Position numbers and translations under genes: made by a program. A model generated the notes under the pieces. That model had not been told where the DNA came from, did not search any database, and saw only the letters and a program-made list of their open reading frames with translations. A stretch of DNA of 64,000 nucleotides from Epiperipatus broadwayi (Eukaryota; Animalia; Onychophora). Shown here one piece after another: positions 1-12,867 of the stretch. Positions within the stretch are counted from its first letter, which is position 1. Each line of letters opens with the position of its first letter. The stretch spans positions 14,384,001-14,448,000 of the forward strand of contig JAQFVV010000005.1 in NCBI GenBank assembly GCA_028023455.1, given 5' to 3'.

Positions 1-1420
1 ATATTTGTTTATCATTTAGTACATGCTTAACAGATCGATAGATAACTGGTGAGTTATATTTTAATTGTCAAAACTGACTTATGTAATTAAATAAGATATG
101 TTACTGCCCTCTGTAATGTGTAACTTATATAGTTTAAAATTTTTTTTTCGAGTCCAGCGTCTAAGTTTTTGTATTCATCTCGAGTATCAAGTGATTGAAA
201 AGCTGGGAGTTCTTGCATTGATATCCACTGAGGAAAAATGAAAAACAAATCTAATTTTAATCAATTGAATAGAAATGTGCTCTTTACCTTAATGGTTATA
301 TGTTGTATGCTTAGTCTGATTGTACAATAAATTCAAATTATTTGTAGGTCACTGGTTACAAATTTAATACCTTTGTCAATATATGTTTAGTATCTCCATT
401 GTAAAATAATTAAACTTCATGCCTTCATATAGCTAATTGTGTATGCAAATCAAATTAGAATTTTATTGCATGCAGATATTTTTATAGTAGAGAATTAAAA
501 GAAAATAATTAGAAATTTTACTCAATATTAATTCCATCAATACCAAAACGACTTTAAGATGAGATTGTCAGTAGCAAATTTGACTTTATAAACATAGTTA
601 TTCAAGAGATGTATAAGTTATTATACAGTGAAATATTTATTAGGCACAGTTAATGCTGTTTACAAATACTTTTTGCCCCTTATTGCATTCAACTGTTTAT
701 GAAACATGACATTGATTAAATTGAGAATTCAGATAAAAGACTACCCTTACTAATGATTTAAAAACAATACAAAAAATATGAGTGTGCGTGTATCTGATGC
801 AGATGTAGAACTTATTGAAGTTAGAGAAGAGATGTAGAAAAGAAACGGAATATTAAGAGTGAAGAAAATTGAAAAGGATTCTATCCTACTTCCTAAATCA
901 AACATGGGCAACATTTTTCAAAAAAGGAGCTTTGTGAGATATTGTTATAAATCAGATCACATCATTTAAAAAAAAAAATTAAACTGCCTTTAGTACAAAG
1001 TATATTGAAATTATTTTTAAAGAAAATTTATGAAAGTTTTTCTATAACAGAAAATATGAATTATGAATTTTAGAGAAAGTATAAAAATGAAGCTTGCAAA
1101 ATTTTAATAAAAAATTGTTGTGCTGGTATAATTGTGAATTATGTGATTCAGAAAGCTATAAAGGGTTACAAGTTGCCCATATCTGGCCAAGATGCTTGAA
1201 CCAGCCTTCAAGTGAAAAAAATGTAAAAGGAACAGAATTTGATAAAAACTTTTCCTATTTTAAACATGAAATCTTGTTACAAGTTTTTTTTTCCAAAATG
1301 AAAAATTTAAATAATAGTAAGATTGGAAACTTTTGAGGGTCTTAATCCAGTATTCCACAACCTTTTTCTAATTGCAACTCTTTATAATAACGTGAAACAC
1401 ATTTACATAAAAATATTTTT

Positions 1421-1899
1421 ATGTAAAATCTATATTTCGTGTTAATATATACACACATAAACCATAAGATAAATAAATATATTTACAAACACTAATAAAC
1501 AATTACCATATCTACAAATGATAATTTTATAATACTGAGCACTTTCGAAGGTCTAAGCCTTCATTTTCAAAGAAGTAGCTGGATTCCGAAGATGTAAATT
1601 AGGGTGGATTAGATTTTCGTTGACCTAGATTTGCCATGAATAAAAAAGAAATATTTTACGCCATCTCTAGGAAGTGACAAATCTAGGTCAACGAAAATCT
1701 GATCCACTCTAATTTACATCTTCGGATTCCAGCTAATTATTTGAAAATGAAGGCTTAGACCTTCAAAAGCGCTCAGTATTATAAAATTATCATTTGTAGA
1801 TACGTTAATTGTTTATTAGTGTTTGTAAATATAGAAACATTATTTATTTATCTTATGGTTTATGTGTGTATATATTAACGCAAAATATAGATTTTACAT
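1421..1899. repeat. Foldback element: ~215-bp inverted arms (1421-~1633 / ~1678-1899) carrying a variant hammerhead-like motif; probably an inverted Penelope-type pLTR pair
   Basis: The arms are reverse complements (atgtaaaatctatattt...ttcgttgacctagatttg vs caaatctaggtcaacgaa...aaatatagattttacat). The arm reads TTGAAAA-T-GAAGG-CTTAGA-CCTTC-(G/A)AAA-GCGC-TC. Confidence 0.8.
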
Positions 1900-2450
1900 A
1901 TATATAAACTAACACATAGTTGAATGTTAAACATTACAAAAAATATCTTTAATAAGATAAAGAAATCTTATTAAAAAGACTTTTCCAACAGTTTCTATAT
2001 TAGAAAGTTACCATTATATAATTCCTTGGTCAAATGTAAATGAGTAAATAGAATCTGAGTTTTTATATTTCAGTCTCATTCGCACTCAGCCATATGGGTC
2101 AGCTTAATTTCAGAAATTATGTTAAAAATATTTTATATGTGAATATACTTTCAGTGTATTTTGAGAGATTGGTAGCAGTGCATAAAAAATGGAAAGAACA
2201 TTCTCCACTGCAACCTGTGTGATTCTAGTATTATTTAAAATCTACTCACACAAGTTGCAGTGGAAAGGTTTGATCCTGTTCAACATGGAAACATTCTATA
2301 AGACTGCTGTCTGTTGAGCCTTTTGCACTTTGAAAAGAGCATAATCCTTGTGGTATAATAAGCATAGCTGGATTATAGCAATGGAGCTAACTATCTAATA
2401 GTGGTCTAAGATTGAAAATTACTCAAGCCCTCTTCATTGTTGCTCTATAA

Positions 2451-2916
2451 CAGTGGTGGACAATTGTTTGGCTTAGGAGCCGCAGAGGTTGGTGAAGGAC
2501 CAAATTGGGGGACACTTTGTGGAAGCAAAGGTTAGCGGAGGGCCACACCTATTTTTCATGACACAATAAACAATTCCTGTATTACCAAAGAAATATTTGT
2601 TTGTCCATTCTTCATTAAACACATGACATTCATCACTGATTTTACATTTTTTCAGAGCATTCATAGTTTCATTAAAGTTGGAAATGTATATATTTGGTAA
2701 TGCAAAGACAAAATTGAAATTAACCAGATCAACTGGAAAAGCACTGCACATGTGTATTGACGTAGCCATCCTAGTGAAAAATACGAGATGAATCTTCGGT
2801 CACGCATGGGGAGGAAATTTCAGTTCAAGGTGGATTTTTCTGATTGTCTTGGCAGACCGTATAAAAACTCTTAGCAAGCCGCATGTGGCTCTCAGGCCAC
2901 TATTTTCCCACGCCTG
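2451..2916 (-). mobile_element. Non-autonomous hAT (Charlie/SPIN-like) internal-deletion element keeping only the transposase N-terminus
   Basis: Imperfect TIRs CAGTGGTGGACAA / rc CAGGCGTGGGAAA. 8-bp TSD ctctataa (2443-2450) / ctctatga (2917-2924). Peptide MNALKKCKISDECHVFNEEWTNKYFF resembles the KRKxxxECRVFxEEWTxKYFF start of GTF2IRD2/SPIN-type hAT transposases. Confidence 0.8.
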
Positions 2917-3316
2917 CTCTATGAGAAACTCTCAGTTTTACATTAAAATGGACTTATTAGTTTTTTTAGCTATTTATTCTTTTTTATGAAGAATCAACAT
3001 GAAATCAAATTCTTTAATTATTATGCAAAAGAATTTGTTAGAAAATTCAAGAATATAATGACCTTCAGATTTTCTACGATCAGAATTTCACTGAAATGAA
3101 CTTTAATAAAGTAATTGAAAAATGTACAAAGTTACAAGACAAAACTTATAAATTAATTAATTTAATAAACATCAAAATAAAACATAAATTAATTTAAAAA
3201 GTTATTTGATAATTTTTAGTAATTTTGTAATTGTTTAAGATCATAATATGTGATAAGTATATGAAAGCTATTAATACATTCAAGACTTTTTAAAAGTGGT
3301 ATGTTTAGAATAATGT

Positions 3317-3444
3317 AAATTGAACCAATGTTAGAAGTAATGCAAATTGTACTATGATTAGAAATAAATAAATTGAACTAAAAAATTGAACCGATGTTAG
3401 AAATAATGTAAAATATACTATGATTAGAAATAAATAAATTGAAG
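3317..3444. repeat. Two-copy ~62-bp direct repeat
   Basis: aaattgaacc(a/g)atgttagaa...ctatgattagaaataaataaattgaa occurs twice, nearly adjacent. Confidence 0.8.
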
Positions 3445-4257
3445 TAAATTATTTATGAAAGCAAAAAGGAAAATTTAATGTTTTACTAAAAAATATTCCT
3501 AATAAGGTAAGCATACTTAAAGATTTCTGTTAATAGGAAATAATTGTCATTAAAGAAGTAGATTAAATTAGAGATTACGTTGATATAGTTAAAGATCAGT
3601 TTGTGTTCCGGAAATAGATGTAACATTAATAGCAATTAGATTGATCTAAAAATTTCTATGACTATAGCATTGCTATCTGGGAATGGTCCTGGAACAGAAG
3701 AAAATCTCACCTGTGATAAAAATCTGGGTTCATGCACACATTTGCATCATCAGAACTGATTCATATTGTAGTAATCAAGGAAATTGCAAGGCTTGAGTGT
3801 TCAAGAGGACTATGGATGTATCTGGTGAATTTCACCGCTAAAGGTTCAAAGATGGACCAAACTTTTATAAACATTGGCCTTATTTTGATTTAGTATGCCT
3901 CCATGGTCACGTATGTATGTGTCATTTAATATTAAATTAGTATATGTATGTATTATTTAATATTATATGTAAACATTGTTAATTATTACTTTATTATAGT
4001 TAACTTATAGGCAAATAAATGTGAACTTTTAATTACTCAAATTTTTTATATTTATGGTTGCCTGTCCATCCTTACCACGACTGCAGTACTCGTGGTGGCA
4101 GTACTTGAAAAGTGGCAGCTCTATTTTTTAAGTACTGAAGATGGGAATGTCCTCTTAATGCAGTTTTGATAACATGTTTTAAATATATTGATGCATGTTT
4201 TAATAACCATTTTGCAAAAATGGATTTATGGTATTTAGTTATTAGTGGGAAAGTATA

Positions 4258-5006
4258 GATCATTTAGATTTTGCAGATGATAATGCTTTAGAGCTGCAGG
4301 AAATGTTGCAGGAGTTATCAGATGAAAGTAGGAAAGTAGGACTAAAGATAAATGTTAAAAAGAGTAAAGTAATGTTTAATGGATTTTTTCAAAATATGAA
4401 AATAAAGATTGATTATGATGAGTTAGAAGTTAACAGTTACAAATACCTTAGTCAGATTATTAATACAGATGGAAACAATGGATGAAATTAATAATAGAAT
4501 TAAACTTGATTGGAGTGCTTTTGGTGGAAATAACTTGATACTAAAAGGAAATATGCCTATGTGTTTGAAAAGGAAGGTTTTTAATAAATGTGTTTTACCA
4601 GTTCTTATGGATCTGAGACTTGGACACTTAATAGAAGAGCAATACAGAGACTTCAGATGACTTAAAGAAGTATGGAGAGATGCATGTTGGGAGTAACAAG
4701 AAGAGATCAAAAACACAATATATGGATAAGAGAACAAACAGGTGTTACTGACCTCAGGAAAAAATTAAAAGACTGTAGTTGGGCTGGACATATTGCTAGA
4801 AGAGATGATAATAGATGGACAATTGAAATCTTAAATGGAATTCCAAGAGATTGTAAAAGACCCAGAAAGACACCACGTAAGATGGATGGAGGAAATAAGA
4901 AAGTGTGCAGGGATGATGCAGAGAAGAGAAGCTAAAAATTGGAGAAGATGGATTGAACTTGGAGAGACCATCCTGCAGTGGAATGATAATGGTTGATGAT
5001 GATGAT
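4258..5006 (+). mobile_element. 5'-truncated, decayed RTE-clade LINE (RT end to 3' tail)
   Basis: Broken frames give (L)FADD, LQEMLQELSDESRKVGLKINVKKSKVM, MCLKRKVFNKCVLP, MERCMLGVTRRD and WAGHIARRDDNRW. Ends in a (GAT)n tail. Confidence 0.9.
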
Positions 5007-6046
5007 ATGTCACATGTTAATCTCAATACATCAGATATGCTTAACTGTTAAAATAAATGATTGTTGTATGATGCTCTCTTCACCATAGGTAGTAGAGATG
5101 TTATAACTTTGGGCCCATAAGTTTAGCTTTTACTCTGGTAAATGGATTAATACAATTGTTGATAGCTGGATGGTATGTTAATGGAAATAGAAACTCATCA
5201 TTCAACAATTAACTAGGCTGTATGTAATGTTTATTTTAATAGGTGTCAATTTCTGAGAAATTGCCCTGTAGTGGTTTACCTAAAGGGCAATACTTTTTAT
5301 AAAACAGGTTAGTTTTTGAAGTGAAGATATAAAATTTAGATATGAATAAGGAAATAAAAAATTCATGTAAAGAGTTGGAATAAAATTGTAAATGTAAACA
5401 CTTCTTATTACAATATAACATCCAATAATAATAAAAATCCACTGATGTAATTATGAAGTTTTGTTTATAATGAATGAAGAAAAAATGGTGGTAAAAATTC
5501 AATTTTATTATTATACAAATGGAATAGGAAAAAAGTGAGAAAATTGAAATAAATTTTTATGTATAGTTAATATGCTGAAAGGGACTATATTTGAAAAACA
5601 TTACAGCAAATTTATTAAAATGGATACAATATTTTATACACTAATAAAAATTATTTGGAATAAAATGCATTTTTTGTAGAGTGACTGCTGCAGAAACAAT
5701 TACTAACTGTGAAAAAAATTATTTCAATAAATATACCTTAAATTATAGTACTTTCTTAGTCAAGATTTGCAATCTGTATAATAGCTGTATATTTTATGTT
5801 ATTTTTTTATATATGTCATGAATATTTCAAGACAAAAGTATGTATACATATTGTATGTTGATGTGTAGATATATGAGTATTTATACTGTGTTAATGTAAA
5901 TAATTATTGTTTTATATATATATGTTATGTGTACAAATTAATCTAGAATTTGTAAAATCACAAATATTTCCAAATGATACATTTTTTTAGAATTTAATAT
6001 ATCAACCACACAGTTCTTCTTTCCAAAATAGTTTGTAAATATCCAA

Positions 6047-6695
6047 TATATAAATAAACAAACAAACTCCTTCTTTTAAAAACTTGATTTTTATATGACT
6101 ATAATCATCAATAAAAAAATCCAATGTTTCAACTATTTTATAGTCTTTTTCAAGGCACTAATATATATAATAATAAATATCACATATTCCAACAAAAAAA
6201 TTTTTTTAACTTAAAAATTACAAAATATATTTACAATCAAAAATTCACCTTATTTCACTCCCCTTTCCTATTACAAACAATCACAAAAACCTCCTTTTTT
6301 AAAAATAATAATTTATATATATATCCTTTAAAACATTCAATTAATATGTGTTAAGTCATACAATGATTAATGGAAAAAGACAAAGGAAAATAATAGGTTA
6401 TTAATTGAATGTTTTAAAGGATATATATAGATTTTTTTTAAAAAAGGTTTTTGTGATTGTAATAGGAAAGGGGAGCGAGATAAGGTGAATTTTTGATTGT
6501 GAATATATTTTGTAATTTTTAATTAAAATTTTTTTTTTTTTTTAGAATATGTAATATTTATTATTATATATATATTTGTTTTTAGTGCCTTGAAAAAGAC
6601 TATAAAATAGTCGAAACGTTGGATTTTTTTTATTGATGATTATAGACATATAAAAAGCAAGTTTTTAAAAGAAGGAGTTGGTTTATTTATTTATA
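6047..6695. repeat. Foldback element: ~300-bp inverted arms (6047-6345 / 6400-6695) carrying a variant hammerhead-like motif
   Basis: The arms are reverse complements around a 54-bp spacer. The right arm at 6587-6622 reads GCC-TTGAAAA-A-GACTAT-AAA-ATAGTC-GAAA-CGTT-GG. Confidence 0.85.
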
Positions 6696-6699
6696 AATT

Positions 6700-9600
6700 T
6701 TTTATTGTCAGAAAATTTGCATGAACCAATAATTGCTCTTAAAGCATCAAAAATAATTCTCATTGGTCTTTCCAGTTAAACACTCATTTTAATCACCTCA
6801 ATCATTTTTTTCTGTTCATTCTTGATTTCGGAATAAGATTAACAATAACATCAAGTGTGTTTTTTCATTGGGGAACATTCCACCTCTTTACATTTCAAAG
6901 TGGATTTAGAGAAACTCAATAAGGGCCATCAGCTTGAACTATAATTGTATTTTTATAAAATGTCTATTGTGTATTCATTAATAGACAAATTTTACAGTTT
7001 GTACTTTATCGATAAATGAAGACTTGTTATATATCAATAAAATAATATATCAAGAAATCAAGCCAAATTTGAATTTTTTTTAATAGACAAGATGTTATTT
7101 GTCTTCCCAGTCTGCAGCTGAAATCCTCACCACATAATCATAATTTGGGGATTCATCTTGTCATTGTAGAAAGGACAAAATATGTTCATGACAAATTAAA
7201 TAGGATAGCAGAGAAAATTATAAATCAAGCACACAAACACTAATTAAACACATACATGAGCCCTGAGAAGTGCTTAGGCAATAATGTAGACCAGATAGGA
7301 TTCTACATATAGTCCTGTTATACCTTCAGCAAGAATAGACATTCTTTTAATGCTGCTTTGTTGGACTGATGCCTATGTGTCTTAAAATTATCATTATCAG
7401 GAACAATTTTAATCACAAGAATATTTTCAATTGGTGCATTCTTGAAACATTTTCTTAGACAAATGTTTTTGTAAAAATAAATAATTGAATGACTTTATTG
7501 CTTGAAAATTCATAAGTTCAAATGCTTGAAACTTCTGTATTGTTTTTAGTGAAAAACCTCTCTGGAAAAGAGAATATTTCTTTAAATGAAGTTTCATAAA
7601 TCACTCTTTCATAACACAAAAAATTAATGAAATGTTTCGACATTTGTGAAATATTAAGAAAATATTTTTAGGCAGCATAAAACAATGTAGGCTTTTATTC
7701 CAGGGTGTTGGAACAGGCAATACACCTGTTTCATAATAACAATGGTTTTATAAAAATAGTACAGCTGGCACGAGATCCTAATGTGAAAAAATCCATATGG
7801 ATGCATTTCTCTTTTATTGCCCATATCTAATGTAGAAAGAGGTAGTATAGAAGGCTGTATTCAAACTGATCATTCAGTCCAATTTTTGGAGGCAAAATTG
7901 TATTGTGAATAGTTTTTGCATTTTCGGTTAGTATAAAAACATTATTCAGTTTTATGTACTGGTAGAATAGCTGCATTTAATTTTTTTTTTTTAAATTTCA
8001 CATTAAAGATGCTTTTAGTATTCCAAGCAATAAGTTACATCAATCAATGAAATAATTGATTTTTTATAAAGTAATTGTACCGTTGATTGACTTATTTATC
8101 ATACTTAAAGAGGTGTCATAAACATTTAATGAGCTCTTGTAGTGTTTTATTACAAAATATCATGAAACATTCCAAAATGGCTTGAAAATGCAACTTTTTT
8201 TGATTAGTAATTATTTGATTTCATAAATAAAATATCACCAATTCTACCATTTTTGTTTATTGGTCCATTCTAATCTATTTCGTAATTTATTTTCAAAATG
8301 TAAATTATGGCATTGTGGAACAGAAATTTTAAAATGCCAAAAATTTGTTGCGATTATAAATCTCTTCATGGCTCTAGCAACTGTATTTTAGAGTGCAAGC
8401 TAGTAACCAAAATTCTGTGTAATGTAGAATCATCATACAAATGAATTTATAAAATTTCATATTTATATGCATTTAGTAAACAATAAAATGATCTTAAAAT
8501 AGTTCATTGCTGGATACTGGTATCTCTAGTCTTGAACAATGATGGAAGATAACTCAACCAACTTGCTAGCTGCTGACGGATGTTTTTTTCATTGTTTTAT
8601 TGTCTACTTAAACATAACTAGAATTTTGGTGTTCACATCATCTATGACCTGTGTATTTAAAAAATAAAACCTTTATGAAGAAATAGTGAACTCCTTGAAA
8701 ACTTTTCCAAGCTCTATTCAGATTCTCACTATAGATCACAGATATAGCAAGAGAATGTTACAAACAGTACATGATGAATCTTATATATTTCAGTAAAAAA
8801 AAGATTTCAAACAGCCCACTGCAAGGCCAAGATCTCTCCAATACCAGATCATAGAGGACTAATAAAGGGGAAAGTGTTACCAGTCTTATGAAGGTTGTGA
8901 AAATTCTATTCTTGCATCATCTACCTACAAAAATAGCTAGGGATTCATTTACTGGGTAGTATATAGTTAAATGGATTCAGTTTGGTTCAGCTTCATAAAA
9001 AAATAAAAATACCTAAGTCTAATCAGAACCCGACTAGAATTTGAAGTCAGATTATAGGCTGATGAATAGATATACATTCTCTGCACGATACCTCAACATC
9101 AACCAATTAAAAGATAAAACTATACAATACTTGTTCTGAGACTTCTATGTGATTTCTTCTATCAAATAATCTAATTTTTTTGATCTTAACATTAGTGTTA
9201 TTTATTTTATATGCTCACTCAAGAATTGATTTGTGTGTTTGTGCTCAATGTTATTCTTAAGAGTATTACAATACTATTTTTGATACAAATATTCTTTTTA
9301 TCTCACTTTATTTTAACAATGCATTCTTTTTTATCATTCATTTCCATTAAAAAATTGCAATAAAATCTAATTTGAAGTCCAAAGATGGTATTTGAAACAT
9401 CTCTCTCAAATGGGTGAATGCAATGCTTTGCTAGAAATTTTTTTCTATATCATTTATTCTAGTGACAGAAATTACTGCAATCACAATAATATTATATAAG
9501 AGTTTCAAGTTCTTTTATTGTTTGATGAAAAGCTAATTCAAATACTTTATTAGTTTAGATACTCCACTTATTTTTAAATACTATTGTAGCATTTTGCTCA

Positions 9601-11400
9601 ATGGTAAAAGCAGGCCGCTAAAAAATTTAGAGAAAACTAAAAATTCACGATATATGAAATCAATTTTTTTGATGATAGAAATACTAAGTCTTGGTATGAA
9701 ACTGTGTAAGTTTAAAATGTGTCATGTGATACACTATAGTTTATTTAAAGTAGTAGTTATTAGCCACAGTGAATGTTTATTTACAGGCGTGTTGTAGAAA
9801 TGTATGAAATATTTAATTTCTAGTATGCTTAAATAAACTGACATTTAGATAGTTAAAAAATATGTGAGCAAAGATAGAATACTTTGTTTTTATACCTGAT
9901 TGGTAATAATAACGAAATTGTACTTCTTTTGAAATAATTAGTGTTTCTTCCAAAAATATTTTGGTTTTGGCTTAAATAGAATCAAGATATTATTAAAATT
10001 AGGATTACGATCATCTTTCCACAGATTTCAGATTCATTATACCACATTTAGAGAGTATTCTAAAAATTTTGTTTATACCACTTTATTAAAAATTCATTAA
10101 TATAGAGACAAATGTTTTTGAATATCATAATAATCAATTATTACCAACAACATCACGAGTTCTCATTTATTTAGAATCAATGTAAGCTTGAGTTAGCAAT
10201 GGACATCAGATGATATAGTGTTATAAAATCCCTATCTCCAGATCAACCAATTTCTGACTTTTGTCTTTAACAGCTAAGATTAGAATTCAAGACTGGAATT
10301 AATTATCTTAAAATAAAAAGCTCTAACTCTTGGGATCATGTGGCCATGTAATGTTATTGGTACTAATGCATCATCAGATGATCACAATAGTATGGAGAGT
10401 TTTTCCCATGGTACTAATGTACCTAACCAAAGTATTGAAGATAGGTTATTTTTAAATTTCATGTTAAAAGCTTGAGTAAAAAGTGGCTACTATGCAATTT
10501 TGAATTCTAGTTTTCTTCGAAGAAAGCCAAAGCTAGAAAACAATCAGTCTGGGGATTTTATAGCACTGTACCATTTTGTATTCCACTGATTACTCTACTT
10601 ATAAATATATGGCTCTGGAGTAGCTGAAGATAACTGCTATACCCATTAGAGAATTATTTTTAAATTTTAAACATCTTTATTTGATAGATGCCAGCACCAA
10701 TGTTATGCATACACCTATATCTACAGACCTACAAAAATCTGTACTTACATAAACATTTCTTAGCATAGATAATGTGCAAAAAAAAAGATACATATGTAAA
10801 CACAGATTCCTAGTAGTGCATATTTTCATTTGTTAAATCACAAGAATATATTCATATTTTACAGCATGGTTAATGGTTAACAAGCAACTAAATGGAAGAT
10901 CAAACTTATATAAAAAATTTATTTAAGTATGTTGTGAAGCACTTCATTTACATAAGTGAAAGTCTGTCTATATTGAAAGAATTATTTTAAATTTAGTATG
11001 ATGACAATCTTTTCTATTTTTAACTTTTTTTTTAAAATTTCATATAATTCATTTTGATGAATAAAAACTGCTCTCAATTATCATCATTATTTTTCCATTA
11101 TTTAATTCATCCAATTCTTATAGCCATCAATTTAGTAAAAATATCAATCTTATTTCACATACTAAAAAAGTATAGATAATTTGCATTGAACATAATGGCA
11201 GGTAAAATTAAAAGGCATAGTTCATTAATAATGCAAATTCAATAATGAACAGAAAGTCTAATGGTATTCAGTTGAGTGCATTTTAGAACATGCATACTTA
11301 AAAATATACTTCCAGTTTTATTTTGAATATCAAGTTGTCTTTTTATAAGAATTTTCAATATAAAAAATGTATCAAAGATTATGTTTAATACTTTCTCCTT
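6700..11400 (-). pseudogene. Long, heavily decayed coding-like tract of unknown origin; the 10270-10600 part has negative-strand RNA virus RdRp-like motifs (possible EVE)
   Basis: Many stop- and frameshift-interrupted peptide stretches lie on the - strand (e.g. KCFKNAPIENILVIKIVPDNDNFKTHRHQSNKAALKECLFLLK, ETGVLPVPTPWNKSLHCFMLP). Near 10.3-10.6 kb: VISG/NTKW ... NNLSS ... SSDD ... EF*S. Confidence 0.3.
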
Positions 11401-11618
11401 GCATAAAGCAATATTGTCAAGTGCTGTGTTCAGGCTATAGATGGCAGACAGTGGAATGGTCTTTGGTTACAAGTAAACGGCGTGCAACGGTTGTGCACTT
11501 TGTCCAATGTAGCCACTTGATGGCATTGTTGCTTGCAAAAATAATGAAATGTAATGTTACCGGGCCGATAATTTTTTGCTTTCTGTTCTCTGACAATTTT
11601 TCAAAATATTTTTTAAAA

Positions 11619-11719
11619 ATTTACGAACCAACATTATTTTATAAATTACATTATACATTTCAGTGCGTACTGCGATTTACGAACCAACATTATTTTATAA
11701 ATTACATTATACATTTCAG
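11619..11719. repeat. 45-bp exact direct repeat, each copy ending in tttcag
   Basis: atttacgaaccaacattattttataaattacattatacatttcag at 11619-11663 and 11675-11719. Confidence 0.9.
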
Positions 11720-12196
11720 CATGTAGCGCTGGCATGACAGGGAGGGGATCCGATGGTTTTGTCAATCCGAAGGATGGGCCAATACATGCACTTGTATGAG
11801 CAAACCAAGTTTTCAGCACATAGCACTGGAATGTGCAGGAGGGATCTGATGGTTTTGCCAAGTCTAAGTGGGGGGGCATTTTATTACTCTCGTACCTGTT
11901 CTTAGTTTTAAGATCGTTACTTCGAATGCACATTAAAACCCTTATGACCAGTTGAATTCCATATACCCTCACATCGTACGGTAGCAATCTGTGAAGTGTG
12001 TGCTATTTCCACAGTGACGCCAAGCACATCATATTTGTGTGCAATGCCATCTAGGTCTGCTAATGGCTAATATGAACAGAACTGTTCTATAGGCTGTAAC
12101 TAGGGCCATGTAAATGGCATATTTGTGCTTTTGTAAAGAAGCAACGCCATCGAGCGATCACATTGGACAAACCACCCAACTATCAAAATGCGGTCT

Positions 12197-12867
12197 GCAA
12201 AAGATTTGGATAAAGAATTTATATCAGTATACATATACAAAAGGTGGGATGATTGTGTTAGGATTGTTGAGTGTTATAGTAGTAAGGAATGGGATAAAAG
12301 AATAGATGCATTAATAAAGAATAGGGAGTTGGAGAACTAGTATGAAGAGTAAAAAGAGTTTAAATATATATAGAAATAAACAGAACATTGGGTGTGAGTT
12401 AATTTATGATAATAGCAAGGAAATTAGTTTATTGTTTAAGGCTCGAACGGGATCTTTAGCAACAAGAGAGTATACATGTAAATGGAAAAATATGGGTGAT
12501 TTAGTCTGAAAATTGTGTAAGAAAGGCATAGAAAATATTAGGCATCTGTTAATTGAATGTAAATGCTTGAAAGCAGAAAAGATATGAATAATGAAGTAAT
12601 GGAAGAATAAATATGAACAAAGTGATTATACAGAAAGTGGGGTATTGTTTTTTATGCTGGTCTTGGTAAAAGATAAGGGGAATTTATATATAAAGGCCAT
12701 AGAGTTGACAAAGATTATGTTGTGGAAATGGGATAGAACAGATTATGGGAAAACTTAGGGTGGGACATGGAAAGGGAAGGTAAAGTGGCTAACAGGTTTC
12801 TCTGGGCATAGTTGCTGAGAGATTCCTGACTCCGTTTAAGGAGAAGTCACAGTGCATCACATCACAT
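12197..12867 (+). mobile_element. 3' fragment of RTE-X-like LINE (copy A)
   Basis: Homologous to the 3' ends of the copies at 21089-25365, 28512-32220 and 32221-36342. Encodes LLFKARTGSLAT and a Cys/His C-terminal motif. Ends ...gagattcctgactc...gcatcacatcacat. Confidence 0.9.

Noticed and set aside
3728-3753. CTGATGA-TGCA-loop-TGCA-TGAAC on the - strand
   Set aside because: GAAA is incomplete and there is no convincing stem I or III; compatible with chance.
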